DNA of 64,000 bases from Blepharisma stoltei ATCC 30299. Its lineage: Eukaryota; Protista; Ciliophora. The DNA lies in assembly GCA_965603825.1 (NCBI GenBank), contig CBFDEM010000037.1, forward strand, positions 186,001 to 250,000, given 5' to 3'. Shown piece by piece: positions 12,214 through 25,123 of the stretch. The position numbers and the translations under genes are program-made. Position 1 is the stretch's first letter; every line of letters starts with the position of its first letter. Below the pieces are notes generated by a model. The model searched no databases and was not told the origin of the DNA. It saw only the letters and a list, made by a program, of their open reading frames with translations.

Positions 12214-12864
12214 TTACAACTCCTTTGCAGGGCATTTTTTAGGCATCTTTCCTTTTGTTATAAATGATATTTTTTCTTGAACTTGCTTATAATCCTGGAC
12301 CGCCATATCTTTTTCACTCTTTTCTAAAAACAAAAAGCTCTTATTTTCTTTTTTACGTGAATTTTCAAATAAAGATCTCGCTTTTTGATGATACTTTTTA
12401 TACAGCCCAATAGCGTGACTTGATTTTTCCTTTTCATTTTTCACGACTGCAGATATTTTATTGATGCAGTCTTCGCTTTTTAATATTTTTTCTAATGAAT
12501 TTTTGGTTTTTAAATCTCGTGTGCTATCATTTGAGGAATTTCGAGAAGAACAATCTCTCTCACATGAGTTATTAAGGTTATCATCAGACCTAAAGCAAAC
12601 AGACTGAGGGCGAGATGACAGTCTAGCTTCTCTTAGCTTTTGTCTTGCCCTTTCAGGAGTCGGCTGGTTATAGACTTTAGATATGTGAAGATATGGAAGC
12701 GGAGGCCGATCAATCATCTTGATTTCAGGGTATTTTTCTTTTTTCAGATTATAAGGCTGAAGCTTTCTGGCACGATAAATTATATCATCTGGGATTTTAT
12801 TTGGATTGGCTTTGATTGTTTTAGCGAGATCGCGAAAAGAGTTGTTCATGTCTCTATTAGCCAT
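12214..12864 (-). CDS. Hypothetical basic protein, 216 aa
   Basis: Clean ATG-TAA ORF. Confidence 0.7.
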   Translation of the reverse strand: MANRDMNNSFRDLAKTIKANPNKIPDDIIYRARKLQPYNLKKEKYPEIKMIDRPPLPYLHISKVYNQPTPERARQKLREARLSSRPQSVCFRSDDNLNNSCERDCSSRNSSNDSTRDLKTKNSLEKILKSEDCINKISAVVKNEKEKSSHAIGLYKKYHQKARSLFENSRKKENKSFLFLEKSEKDMAVQDYKQVQEKISFITKGKMPKKCPAKEL

Positions 12865-13148
12865 TTACAATTATAATTGCTCAGTTATTTAATGCTAATC
12901 AAATCTGAAAAATAAGACAAAGAATAGTGATATATGTTTGTGAGCAGACAAAAGTAATTATTAATCGCCACATAAACTAATAATTTACATTCTTTTTAAG
13001 TTAGAAAATCTTAAATAGCCAGCTAAAAATAAAATTGTTTTAGCTTATATTTTGCCCAGAAGAAAACATTATAAATCATACTTTTTCAATATTTTATCAA
13101 AACGAAAAGAAATCTTAATAAACCAAAAAATAGATTCAATTTGAGTCT

Positions 13149-13565
13149 TTAGTTTTTAGAAGGCTTAGGCTCATTAAGAACTTCTTCTACAGCACGCTCA
13201 AGTGCTCTTCTAGTGACTGGATAAAAATTAAGACGCTCTTCCAAACTTAGTCTTCTTGAATTTCCGACTGGAACATCATCCCCATGCCAAATAAGCAAAT
13301 AAGTGCAAGGGACTGCTGTCAAAATTAAGGAAGAAAGCCATCTCTGAGCTTTAATTCCGTTTCTTGTACAATAAGCATAGCTCCAAAGTCCGAATCCATA
13401 GCAGAGAGCCATCTTAAAGTTAAACCAAAATCCTTTGGTACTATCTTTTCCGTAATACTCATTTCCAGTGTAATATTTTACTTCCCCCATACCGCGAAGA
13501 CCTTCTACAACTTGCCCTTCTTCACGGTTTGATGGCCTGGCATATAGTTTCCAAATCCCTGACAT
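13149..13565 (-). CDS. Small two-TM protein, 138 aa (possibly a lineage-specific mitochondrial inner-membrane subunit)
   Basis: Clean ORF with two hydrophobic segments; the function is only a guess. Confidence 0.6.
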   Translation of the reverse strand: MSGIWKLYARPSNREEGQVVEGLRGMGEVKYYTGNEYYGKDSTKGFWFNFKMALCYGFGLWSYAYCTRNGIKAQRWLSSLILTAVPCTYLLIWHGDDVPVGNSRRLSLEERLNFYPVTRRALERAVEEVLNEPKPSKN

Positions 13566-13761
13566 TTATTATATAAAAATTTTGAAGGTATAAGAATCAA
13601 TAATGAAAATTTGCCTGGAAAATAAATAATTTAAGCGCTTTATCTAATTATGTTACTTAAATACAAGAAAATAAATAATGATCTTATATATTTGATTTTT
13701 TATTATAAAATAATCAATTTTCAATCATTTAAATTAATCGCAAAATAATTATTTTGAACAA

Positions 13762-14680
13762 ATGAAGCTGAAGAAAAACGGTTTTAGCCCTCCTTATCAT
13801 ACTTTTCAGCTTTCCAGCTGAGTAGCAACTACTTTAGAACTATTAATATCAAGCCTATGTATCGCCCCATTTCTTAGCAAACCTTTGACTTATGTATTTT
13901 GTTTTTCCTATTATCCAATTCAGATCCTTGAAATTATTATTGGGATCTTTGCAACCTTATCAGATCCATCAATTAATAAAGAATCGTAAACTTCAAATTA
14001 GTTCAACTTTGACTAGAACAAATTTCTATTGCACCATATGCAAAATGCATGTGAAGGAGGATACAAAACATTGCGCTACATGTCTCAGATGCGTTGATAG
14101 ATTCGATCATCATTGCAAATGGTTAAACAACTGTGTTGGAAGAAAAAATTATAAGATTTTTATATGTTTGCTGCCAGTTGTAAGCTTGACACTTGTCGAT
14201 TTGATAATTTTTAAACTTATAGTTATTGTCAATGGATTTTTATATGGAGTTGGAATTGACCAGAATCTTGAAAATTTAATTTTGGCTGTGCTTGTTTTAT
14301 TTTTAATTATAGATACATTGGGGCTTATTGGAATTATTTATCTACAAATGCTTCATTTTTGACTTTGAGTAAATGGAATGACTACATATGAGTTTATCGT
14401 TAAAAAAAAGAAAGCGAAAAAGATTCAAAAAGTGAAACCGAAATCTTTGACATCTGAAAACAGCTTAAATGATTATGAGTCTGCAAGAAGCCATCATAAA
14501 GAATCCAATATCCCTGAATTGGAATTTCTTTATTTACAACATCAAAAGAAAAATCAAACTTTTCAAGAAGGCGGTAACGACACAAGTTATATCGAAATCA
14601 AGCCACCGATGAGCACACGATATAGTGCTGGAAAAGGCTTTCACATCCAAGACCCAGACTTAAATGATACCATAAATTAA
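13762..14680 (+). CDS. DHHC palmitoyltransferase (ZDHHC1/11-like)
   Basis: KKNGFSPPYHTFQ N-terminus, CTIC...KHCATCLRCVDRFDHHCKWLNNCVG, MTTYEF; intron 13986-14001; TGA=W. Confidence 0.9.
13986..14001 (+). other. 16-nt intron GTAAACTTCAAATTAG
   Basis: Removes an in-frame TAA and joins the N-terminal TM region to the DHHC domain. Confidence 0.85.
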
Positions 14681-14715
14681 GTTTCCAAATCAGACTTTTC
14701 AGAAGGTTATTATAA

Positions 14716-16989
14716 TTACCCATCATAAGGTCTTCCGCTAAGAGCTTCCTGCTCTTTTTCTTGTTTAATTTTGGTCTTTATCGCGACCCAATCAATTTCG
14801 ATTTCTCCGAACTGTTTAAACTTTTCTAGCATTTCCTCTCTTCCAGAAGACTCTAAAAATTTCTTTCGGTACCCAATGACAGTGTCTATATGCTTTTTAT
14901 TTGCTAGGGCTATTTCTAGAGCTCTTTCCCATTTAAACAACCTTATATTCATTTTAATAGCTCTGTAGTACAGTCTTGCCTGCAATAAAATTTGTTCAGC
15001 TTCTTGTGACCTTTTACAAAATAGCGCAAGCTCTGCGTTCCTGCCAGCTTCTGAAGGGATTGTTTTCACATAATTTATAAACTGGACTTTATCAACTTCA
15101 TCTATAGCTGCTAAGGCAATTTCAGCTGTATTTAATTCTCTTGCATGAAGTGACATAGCCCCTAAGCATGCCCAAAGTGTTGGGTCTTTCACAAATCTGC
15201 AGAGTCTTATAGCTTTTTCCCATTGACCTCTGTCACTGTTCTCATATAATAAAGCTGGATAAGGCGAAACGGAGAGTGTGGCAACTCTACCATCAATTCT
15301 TCTTACAGTTATCAAAGACCCTGTAAAGCTATCAATCACACACATTTTTCCGACTTCATTTGAAACGTCTCTTGAAAATCGTGAAAGTTGAAGTAAGTCT
15401 TTATCAACGTAAACTACATTAGGATAATACCAAACATAAAGTTTTCCATCAGCAATTGCTGCTAGCATATCACTTTTTTCATTCCATTTGAAAGAGTCGA
15501 CCATTGAGCACAGTTTAGTTATTTCACTTTTGTGGACTGAAGTAAGCAGCAAGTCACGATTGCTGTCCATAATGCAGAGCTTGCGCTCTGCAGCGTGATC
15601 TACTTGATTGGCAGCCACTTCAAGGATTTCTAGATTATGCTCAATGTTTTGGGAGAGGGCCTTGCCTGAAATAAGGTCAAAAAGTCTAAGCATCTTTGCG
15701 TTTGCAGTATCTACTACAGTGACTATATCTGTTGAAAGCGATATAGATTTATTGCTCAAAAACTCAACTCGGAGTCCTTGAAACTTAGGGCTGCTCATCT
15801 GACGTGCTTCATAGTTATATATTTGTATCCCGTTAACTAAATCTACCAGTGCGAAATACTTACAGCCTAGCACAATCAAGCTTGCAGGCTCTCTAATATC
15901 AAATCTGCTTGGAGTCTGCCAATTCTGTACATCATATATTGAACATTGTGTTGTTGTAGTCACCACCAAATGCTCATATCCCAAGGCAAAATTGATAACC
16001 CTATCTCTAAACTCAAGCTCTTCACTGATCTCATGAATAACATCCACAACGTATATTTTATTATCTTCCTGCAATTGGATTTCCACATTCTGCCAGGATG
16101 TCTTTTTATCTACTAGATATCCAAAAACAGTTGCCCCATTACCTCCTCCACCTGCCAGCATAGTCCCATCCCAGCTCCAAGCTAAATTCATAATCGACCC
16201 TGTCTTTGGCTTAACCAGAGAATAAGTCCACCCAGTTTTATCACAAAGTCTCAGCATATCAAAAGCCCCTACCGCAAATAAATCTCCATTAGGCGACCAC
16301 GAAACAGAAGTAATTACATACTCATATGGTGACGAGCTGAATAAGTTTCTGCCAAAAGTGTCCCAAATTTTGTATTTGCAGTCCTCCCCTCCAGAAATAA
16401 TTAAATTGTTGGAAGGATTCCAGTCAACCTTGAGCACGCAGCCTTCATGAGCTTTCCATTGAAGCTGCTTCTGTCCTGCTTGGATATGCTTAATATAAAT
16501 GTTTTTATGGGAGGAGTACAATACTTGGTCTGATGCTGGAGACCATGCCAGAGAAAACACCGACCTGTCAGTCTGTGCAATAGCAGACCTCAGATTTCCA
16601 GTTTTGGCCCAGATTTTGACTTGGCCGTCTTCTCCTGCTGTAGCAATGGTAGAAGCGTCATAGCTTCATTTGATTGCAATGACAGCTCCCTTGTGAGCTT
16701 CCGTTACGTGTCTTTCAACTCTTCCAGTTTTGCTGACGATTTTAAAACTACCGTCAACACATGCGATGGCTAGTGTTTCTGAGCTGCCTCTAGCTGCTGG
16801 CTGCCACGAAATATCATTAACAGGGATGTCTAATGAAAAAGCTATGTTTAAAAACTCTCCATTAATGTCTCAGACGATAACAGTGTTATCGTCTGAACAT
16901 GTATAAAGCTCATTTGACGAAGTCCAGCCGACTGCAGTCACCATTTCCTTGTGCCGGCTGTTTTCGGGTTGCTTGATTTTCAATCTCAT
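14716..16989 (-). CDS. IFT80: Intraflagellar transport protein 80, 757 aa
   Basis: MRLKIK...HKEMVTAVGW start, WD40 repeats with TGA at Trp positions, WEKAIRLCRFVKD, HIDTVIGYR C-terminus. Confidence 0.93.
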
Positions 16990-17019
16990 GCCGCCTATTT
17001 ATTATAAGCCTATTTAATA

Positions 17020-17682
17020 TTAAAGTATTGCTAAGTCTACTAAAAGTTTTGTAACGAGCACAAGGATTATTGAAAAAGCCCCTTCAAAAACCAAAGAGCC
17101 CCAGATTCCTATAAAGTGTTTTATAAGCAGCACTTCTTTTGAAAGAGGAAAAATCAGGACTTTGACTGATATGAGAAGCCAGGCAATTAGTCGCTCTGGC
17201 TTGTTTCCATTGACAGTGACCCACACTAAGCACGCAAATGCAATCATTTGGCCGATTTCGCAGTTAGCAAGAATTGATTTTTGGATGAAATCTCATGAAA
17301 ATTCACTTTCTTTGGAAGTTGAGATGATGCTTATTAGATATCCTGCAATAATTTTAGCAGAAGCCCAGCCTAAGCCTGCGCTTATCATTTTGATGTTCTT
17401 GTCACCTATTTTTGTTGACCTCCACGAAAAAATCGCTTGCAGAATAAAAACATCAACGAAACCTGCTAAGCCTGTAATTAATTCTGCATAAATAGGTCTT
17501 GATTCTTTTAATTTAGTATTAAAATCAATAAAAATCAAGCTAAACATTGCACTTATTATATATCCGACAAACCCAGATATCAAAGTTCGAACCCCATATA
17601 ACCGAAGCCTTGTTGTTCTAAAAATAATAAAAATTGGTCCAAAGCTGAGAATAAAGCAATTAATTAGGTGCAAGACGTCCAT
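17020..17682 (-). CDS. TMEM147: TMEM147 (BOS complex subunit) homolog, 220 aa
   Basis: HLINCFILSFGP, AGLGWASA, EFS(W=TGA)DFIQKSILAN. Confidence 0.8.
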
Positions 17683-17780
17683 ATTATTTTTATTGTAAGC
17701 GGAAAAAATAAAGATCACTTGATTTTAATAGGATTTATTTATATCAAATTTAAATAAATCAAATTCATCATGAAATATAA

Positions 17781-18815
17781 ATGATACTTTCTCGAAAAGC
17801 TGAACTTGAAAATCAAAAGAAATTGCAGGCTGAGCTAATGAGAGCTGAAAAACTGCATTTAAAAGAATCAAGGCAGAGAGAAATGAATGAAAGACAAGCA
17901 GAAAAAAGAAAAAACCTTGAGAGAATTCAAGCTTTGGAAGATGAGCTTTTGAGAGAACTTGAAAATAAAACTAGAAGGTCACGAAATTCAAATAGCAAAC
18001 AGAGCACAAGCCGGTCGCTGTCTGATACAAGAAGCACAGGAGATTCTCATCTTCAGCAAATGAGGGATTTGCAAGCAAAGGCTAAACAAATGATGAAAGG
18101 GAAGTTATACTTAGAAGAAGATTCAGAGACACCTTCAATTCCTGACCAAAATCAAGAATTTTTGGGCTCAGACGAGAAACAAATATCAATTCCAGTCTAC
18201 ATACCCCAGTCCATGATGAGAAAAGCACAAAGAATTCCTCCTCCAACAATTCCTCACATCACTAGAAATGGCGACGTTTTAAATGTCCACATAATATCTG
18301 ACCCAACTTACTCAGACCCATTAGTCAGAGCCGAAGCCCAAGTCGAGCGCTCTGAAATTGAAGAATTTGCGAAGCAAATGAACAAAAAATCAATAAAAGA
18401 CGTAATAACAGATATCCAAGCACAATTCGAGTCTGGGTACAAGCTATCTTCTTCGCCTACAAAATCTCAGTCACTTTCTCCAAAAAAAAGAAAAGAAAAG
18501 CCTAGAGAAGAAACCTTATACTTGCCTAAGCCTGATGATTTGCCTGTTGTGAGAGAGCAGGTAACTCCAAAAGGGAAACTGAGATATCATTTGTTTCGAG
18601 AAATTCCTTTAGATGAAGTAAAGCACGAAGCTCAAAGAGTATGGGTCTCAGAAAGGATGAAACAATACTCCACCATTGTGAAGCAGAATTTTACACCTAA
18701 GCCTGATGAAATGAAGCAAATCGAGCTGCAGTTATTAAGGGAGAAATCCACAACAGCCAAGCCTAGATTCAGTGAAAGAGTTAAACTTACAAGTCTTTCT
18801 TTCAGCTCAATGTAA
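17781..18815 (+). CDS. Hypothetical coiled-coil protein, 344 aa
   Basis: Long ORF with N-terminal charged coiled coil. Confidence 0.75.
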   Translation: MILSRKAELENQKKLQAELMRAEKLHLKESRQREMNERQAEKRKNLERIQALEDELLRELENKTRRSRNSNSKQSTSRSLSDTRSTGDSHLQQMRDLQAKAKQMMKGKLYLEEDSETPSIPDQNQEFLGSDEKQISIPVYIPQSMMRKAQRIPPPTIPHITRNGDVLNVHIISDPTYSDPLVRAEAQVERSEIEEFAKQMNKKSIKDVITDIQAQFESGYKLSSSPTKSQSLSPKKRKEKPREETLYLPKPDDLPVVREQVTPKGKLRYHLFREIPLDEVKHEAQRVWVSERMKQYSTIVKQNFTPKPDEMKQIELQLLREKSTTAKPRFSERVKLTSLSFSSM

Positions 18816-18900
18816 GCTTAATTGTACACTTTGTATTTAATTCTACTTCAGGCGAAATATTGCCTTCATCTTGTTAAAATGTCTAATAATAAGACACATC

Positions 18901-19563
18901 ATGATCAAAAAGTTCAGCCAAAAATTTTTGTATTATCTTTTTTCCTTTGGCTTGCTCTCATTGATATATTCTTGGGTATTTATAATTTAGCATGCCATAT
19001 GCTTTGCGCTCAGATTTTTTTGGTACATTCTTTACATCAAGATTTACTATAAGTGCAATGAAAAACAATTTTTTATGACTCATCGGCTATCAAGAGTTCC
19101 GAAGCACCTGACAGTTTCTTTTCAAGAAGAATTGCCATCAGAAAAATGCTTACAAAATATAGTAAACTGGTGCACTTATCTTAATATTGAATATTTAACT
19201 TTCTATTCTCCAGGATTCGCGAAAAAATACGACTTACAAATAAATGAACAGCAAATAACAGTGAGGTTTTTAAATACAAACCATGGGATTGAACAAATTT
19301 TAAGAATTACTAAAGAAATCTCGGAAAAGTGTAAAACAATTAACAGGGCGGAATTAGCAGAGAAGCTTAACAGAGGGTTGCCATTATCTGAGCTAGTAAT
19401 ATCGATTGGCAAAGGAGATGGAATGCAATACAAAGGAATTCCCATAAGCTATATAAGTTTATCGGAGCTTTATTACTTGGGAAGGTTCTCAACACACACA
19501 GTTATTGATTTCTACAAGTGCTTATTTAAATACTCTATCAGTGAACAAAGAGTTGGAAAATAG
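18901..19563 (+). CDS. NUS1: NUS1/NgBR-like cis-prenyltransferase subunit
   Basis: N-terminal TM, RVPKHL, IVNWC..LNIEYLTFY, C-terminal EQRVGK (RxG motif); intron 18976-18990. Confidence 0.75.
18976..18990 (+). other. 15-nt intron GTATTTATAATTTAG
   Basis: Contains an in-frame TAG; removal links ATG 18901 to the NUS1 body. Confidence 0.8.
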
Positions 19564-19584
19564 ATAAATAATTACTTTTTATAG

Positions 19585-19720
19585 TTAGGCCTTTTTTTCC
19601 TGATCACTTCTTTGTTACTAATGGTCATATCTTTTTCTAATATCAGCAAAAGCATCTATTTTTTATTATAGCGCAGAAAAGTCATTCAGTCTTTTATAGT
19701 GCTTTCTTTTTGCTACAGCC
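19585..19720 (+). ncRNA. Candidate box H/ACA snoRNA
   Basis: Hairpin, then ATATCA (ANANNA, 19640-19645), then hairpin (AGCAAAA/TTTTGCT lower stem), then ACA at 19715-19717 plus 3 nt; 136 nt; stems are AT-rich and weak. Confidence 0.3.
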
Positions 19721-19778
19721 AATTTAATTCATAATAAATTCATAGCAATTTTAATAAATATAAACACACCATTATAAA

Positions 19779-20705
19779 ATGACTGAAGATATAATCTCAC
19801 TCTCAGACACAGAATCAGAGTCAGATTCAGACTCTGAAATGCCAGAAATCTTGGACCTTCCTTCAAAAATCCCTCAGATTGAAGTATCCACCCAAATAGA
19901 AGAAGATGTGGACAGTGACAATGATGTCCCCGAAATTATTCAGTCAATAATCAATAGCAAGTCAAAAAGACGCAGGACAGTTATTTTAGATGCAGAAGAT
20001 GAGCAGATCATTGACAATATGATAAAAGAAATGGAAAAAGCTGCCAATGACGACATTGAAGCAAATCTCAAAGGTCTTCCCGCTTTGTATAAGCTTAAGA
20101 TACTGAACAAAGTCGCGAAATTTTTAAAAGTGGCGAAGTATCACATGCTATTTTTGAGCATGAATGGAGCCTTTGTATTAGGAAAGTGGCTGGCAAGGCT
20201 TCCTGATGGTTCTTTTCCTTCAACACCATTGAAGCTTTCACTGTTAGAGTCCATTCAAGATATTCCTATCGAGACTGAGCATCTTAGAAATAGCGAGCTT
20301 GGAAGAAATATTATGATAATTTATCATAATCCTAATGAAACTCAAACTGTAAAAAGACTTTCTAAATTTCTAATTGAAAAGTGAAGCAGAATGATATACG
20401 AAATTGATGTTGATTATACATTTCTCGAAAAAACTGAGGTTGGGAGTGATGAAAATCTAGCCCCAAATATTCCAAAGCCATTATTAAGCTTGGAAAAAAT
20501 TCAAATGAGAGGAGGCAATAAAAACTCAGTAAGGGACCCTCCTAAAGGAATTTTTGATTTCAAATATCGGCCGACTTCCAATTCAGAAGAAGCACAAGCT
20601 GCGAGAGGTATTGATAAAGATTCAGTTTACAAAAGACTTTTGAAGAAAAAGTCAAAAGTAAAAAAACAGAAATGGATGAGTGTTGATGGCAGAACATTGT
20701 ATTAA
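19779..20705 (+). CDS. IWS1: IWS1/Spn1 transcription elongation factor
   Basis: MEKAANDDIEAN..PALYKL, WLARLPDGSFP, LRNSELGR, LIEK(W=TGA)SRMIY. Confidence 0.88.
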
Positions 20706-21013
20706 TTAATTTTTCCTGTCAATTTTCTAATTAATTTCTGCGCTTTTAAATTATTTTTTGGCTCCATCATGAATATTTTATTTGCATAAAAATGAAATCT
20801 CAGTTCTACATTCTGAATAGTCTTATTATAGTGTGATACTCTGCAATTTTCAATAATTCATAGAATTAATTTTTAAAAATCATAAATTAAGGATAGTTTA
20901 GGTTTTTAATTTTTCCACTTTTTTATCATTGGCAACAAAAATAATCAAGAAGCTAACTGATTATTTATCAATTAAATTTAAAAAAAGATAATTTAAAGCT
21001 GCAGATAGCATTT

Positions 21014-21598
21014 TTATAAATGCTCTAAGAAATTCGGGACTTGTTGTTGCTGTTGTGCTTGTGCGCTATTTGATCCAAAGGATTTAATGAATGATCTTAT
21101 TTTTAGAACATCAGGACTTTGATCTTTAAACGATGAAACCATTGTTTTAAATCTGGCCATTCTCCTCTGCGGCAAAGTGTCTGCTGAGTCTCTTCGATGA
21201 GGAGGCTCTGTATTATCAGCAAATGAAATTCGTTTTTTCTTTTCCGATTTTATTATAACTTCTGATTCTTTTTGTTCTTCATTGTGGTGTTTAGTCACTT
21301 TTCTTTTCTTTCTTTTGCTTCGTTTTATTTTAATCTCTATAGTGTTCCCATTTGATATTTTAATTTCGTGAGCGGCCGAGGGACTGTTCATTTCACTGGA
21401 TTTCGAATCGTGCATAATTTGGTCGTGAGTCTTATCTAATTGAACGCTTTCTATTTCTATTTCTAGAGGCTTTTCTGAGGAGCTGACTACTTCATAAACT
21501 TTAGACGAGTCTTCTTTGGAAGGAGATTTATTAGCTTCACCTTGATCATTTGGACTATCTGTGAAACATCTTAGGCATCAACTGTGAAGAAAATTCAT
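21014..21598 (-). CDS. Hypothetical low-complexity protein, 194 aa, with RVxF-like KKRISF
   Basis: ATG 21598, TGA=W at codon 7, open to TAA. Confidence 0.6.
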
Positions 21599-22416
21599 AT
21601 TAACAATTTTATGACAGATTTTATCCACTATTTCTGATGCATTTTAAAGGCATAAATAAGATTCAGTAAAGATAGCATAAATATAATGGCATTTACTTGT
21701 ATAAAATTTAATTCTGATTTTAATTTTTTAAGGAGTTCAAAAAAAGTTTGAAAATAATAATGCTTTGAATTAAAAAATATCATGATATTATTTATAAATT
21801 TTAAAGATATATATAACATATTGCAGTTTTTGCATTTATTTTAAACTGGGCATTGAATACGATAATCCAAATATTTGTTAATTTAAGAATTTTATGTATG
21901 AAAGCATTTTTACCTATCATAGGCGGGTTATAAATACCTTAAGAATTCATTTTTTCAAAGTCATAGTTGAAAATATTAGAGCTGATTTTTAAAGAGTAAT
22001 ATTCTATTATTCAAGTGACAAAAAAATAAACTGCAATTAAAACAAGTTAATTTTAAATATAATTATAGGTTTATAATTATAAAAAATGCTTGACAAAAAT
22101 AATAAAATATTTGCTTAAAGATCTGGATTTTTTACATCCGAAAAATTTAAAAAATTAAATATAAAACATTAATCTGCAAAACTTCAATCCAAAAGCTTTA
22201 CTCAGCACTTATACATGTTGAATATTTTTAATTTATTCCAATGCCTATTTTTAGTTTTAATAGACTTCAATAAAGGTCTTATTGAAGTTTCAAACACTCT
22301 TATATTATAAAAGATAATATTAGAGTCTTAAATCTTTAAATAAATCAAATCAATAGTTAAAAGATTTGAAGCGTTATTTAATTTGCTCCGAATTACAAAT
22401 ATATAAGATTTATAAT

Positions 22417-23464
22417 ATGGAGCCCAAAGTTCAAAGTCAGATCCGATTGCTTAATTTTCAACTAAACCAGGCTGAAGAATCTCTCAATTGGGAAATTAAC
22501 GAAGCAATTGTCACTAAAAATCAATTTAATCAAAATAATGATAGCCTTATATTATCTCCTCAGGAGCTAAGATCTAAAAGATCTATCCTTTTAAGCAGAC
22601 CCAATAATCCAAAAACAGAAAGAGAGTTCAGAAAAATTTGCAAATTTAATAAAGTAAATGCTACCTCTAACCCCCAGCTTAACGAGGCTTATCAAGAATT
22701 TGTCAATACTTACAGCCAAATCACTTCCCTTTATATTACTAAATGAAAATTTTGATTATTTATGATACTGAAAGTGGAAAAGAAAGAATGAAATGACTAA
22801 ACGTTCCAGAAAGATTAGATGTGGGTACAAGCATAACTCAACTTCCAAATGGAGAATTATTCTGCTATGGAAACTCTACATATTCGGGGATTACCTTAAT
22901 AATTGATTGCAATTTTAAATATCGATTGCTGCCATCTGGAAAGCCTGGCTGAAGCTCATCAGCTATCTATTTTAATAGAAATGTTTATTGCTTTGGTGGA
23001 TATGATTATCATTGCCAAGCTACATATCTATCTAGTAGATTTGATTTAATTAAAAAACAATGGGTCAATTTAGCCCCTATGCCGCAAGCTGATTTCAACT
23101 GCCATAGGTAGAATTTAATGGAAATATTTTAATTGCTGGAAAGTTAAATAAGAATCTTTTGGTCTATTCAATTGAAATTTGCTCTTTCTCTGCTGTTCCT
23201 TATGATTTTACTGAGAATAAAAGAAAGATCCTAATCAGAGCAGAGAGATTATATTTGATTGAGTGTGACCGCCAATGGACAGTCTATGAAAGCCAAATTG
23301 GAGACGAGTATACGTGGGAACAAGTAGCATGCTCTTCAATAGGCTGTTTGCCTGTCCAAGTGTATTGCTCATATAATAAAGGAGGGTTCTATATTTATAT
23401 CTGCCCCTTTAATGAGAGCTTGAAATCGTTTTGAAATAGATGATCAAAATTAATTGAAATCTAA
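22417..23464 (+). pseudogene. Frameshifted paralog of the Kelch-like beta-propeller gene at 25124
   Basis: Same motifs (TQLPNGELFCYG, SAIYFNRNVYCFGG, PMPQAD, ERLYLIEC, YNKGG) split by frameshifts near 22745 and 23107. Confidence 0.75.
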
Positions 23465-24680
23465 GATTTATTGACAAAACTATACTATAGTATCTCCAGC
23501 TTATTTCATGCCTTGACACTTCTTCTCTGAGGCTTGGAGAGTTGATGAGCAACCTAAGGTGGCAATTAAGCTTCAAGTAGCACATCCTGTTGAAAGGACA
23601 TGCTTTTGTCCCTTTAGATGGCTCCTAAATTCTTCAAAGTAAGGAGAAGAACGTAGTAAGCGCGCAGAAGATATAGATAAATTGATATAGAAGGTTTTAC
23701 AGATAGTTAAGGGCTATCAATTGCCTTATTGGCGAGTCCCTTATTTTTCTATTTTAATATCCCATATCTCTATAATATAGTCCATCTTTATTCTAAAACT
23801 AAAATAAGTCAAGATTATGCTGCTATTGGTGCACTGGAACAAGAAGAGCTATCTTTCGCTTTATTGGCATGCCCTTCTAGCAATTTTTATTTTTTCCACT
23901 TACTATTTCTCCACAATAGACTCCATCTTCATTTTAAGAATCAAAGACAAGGCCAAGATTATCCTGGAGATTTTTAATACACCTATTAGAGTACTGCCAC
24001 ATGAAGGGCTATCAATCACCTTCCTGACAAATCGCATATTAACAAATAATAATGATATTCAAAATTGCCACTTCATAATGATTGAGCATGAAAGCAGAAA
24101 ATTAAACATTTCCCAAGGTATTAAAAATATTATCAGTTTTTTAAAAAATTTGATAGCTGAGTCAATTAAGGAACTCAACATCTTTCTCTTTACTTTTTTT
24201 AAATATGTATGCGATCAAAATAGGCTTCATCCTTTATTTAAATTCTCTGGCTTTTAAAGCAAATGAGGAAAAAAAGCTATAGAAAGATCTAAGTAGAGAA
24301 ATTGTGATAAAGCTAATAATATTTTATATAGCTCAGCTCGTGAATAAACAAGACTCGAAATGTTTTATTAATTAAATATCACCCTATAAGAGCAGAAAGA
24401 CTGTATTATGTGTCATTTGAAGCAGGGGTGATACGCGACAAAATACGTCAGATTTGATTTAAAAGAAAAAGTTCTGCTTGAATTGAGGAGTTAAATACCG
24501 AAATCTTTTAATTTTAATGGTTTCCATCATTCTCTTCTATATGAGATTAATTAGAATTGATATAATTTTAAAGAAAAAATATGCTGGATGGGAGAAATTA
24601 CGATACTGTCTTTGCAAAAATACTTTATATTCTTAAAATATTTCTACATATATTTAATTGAAATATATAATCGTCCTGAA

Positions 24681-25123
24681 ATGGATGGTATTTATATATT
24701 ATAAATAGAGATTAAGCAATGTTTTATTACATAGTGCAAACGTCAAGCTGAGTATGTACACAGATGCAAATCTAAGAAACTTATTAATGCAGCGATCACT
24801 TAGAACTGCATACTGAGGAACCTTATAGAAATCATGCAGGATTTTTTTTCAACTCCAACTAATGGATCAAAAGATACAATTCTTGCCTTTCTCAGATACG
24901 AAATGCAAACAAGAAGCTAAAGATAGAGCTTATGACATCTTTAAATCATCTTCTTTTTGATGTAATACCAAAAACAAAAACAATCCTTATGAAGAATGAT
25001 TTTGATATAAAAAAACTAAATAATTATTTAGGTGAATTTAAGAGTAAAGACTGACTTCGATTCCCAAAAATATGCACGTAAAAAGTTGTATTATTTTATT
25101 AGACAAGCTGTCATTATTTTATA
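24681..25123 (+). pseudogene. Decayed 5' part (Cys/His zinc-finger-like plus coiled coil) of the Kelch-like gene
   Basis: Fragments KQCF..CKRQAEYVHRC and CSDHLELHTEE..NH in shifting frames with TAG/TAA. Confidence 0.4.

Noticed and set aside
22741-22760. AAA-TGA at the first frameshift as a Euplotes-type programmed frameshift
   Set aside because: TGA is a sense codon here, and a second frameshift plus neighbouring decay point to a pseudogene
23470-24260. ORF-track ORFs 23729 and 23817, and a faint MORN-like remnant (EDGVYCGEIVSGK) on the - strand
   Set aside because: The + ORFs read like antisense or non-coding sequence; the - strand signal is too interrupted to support a call
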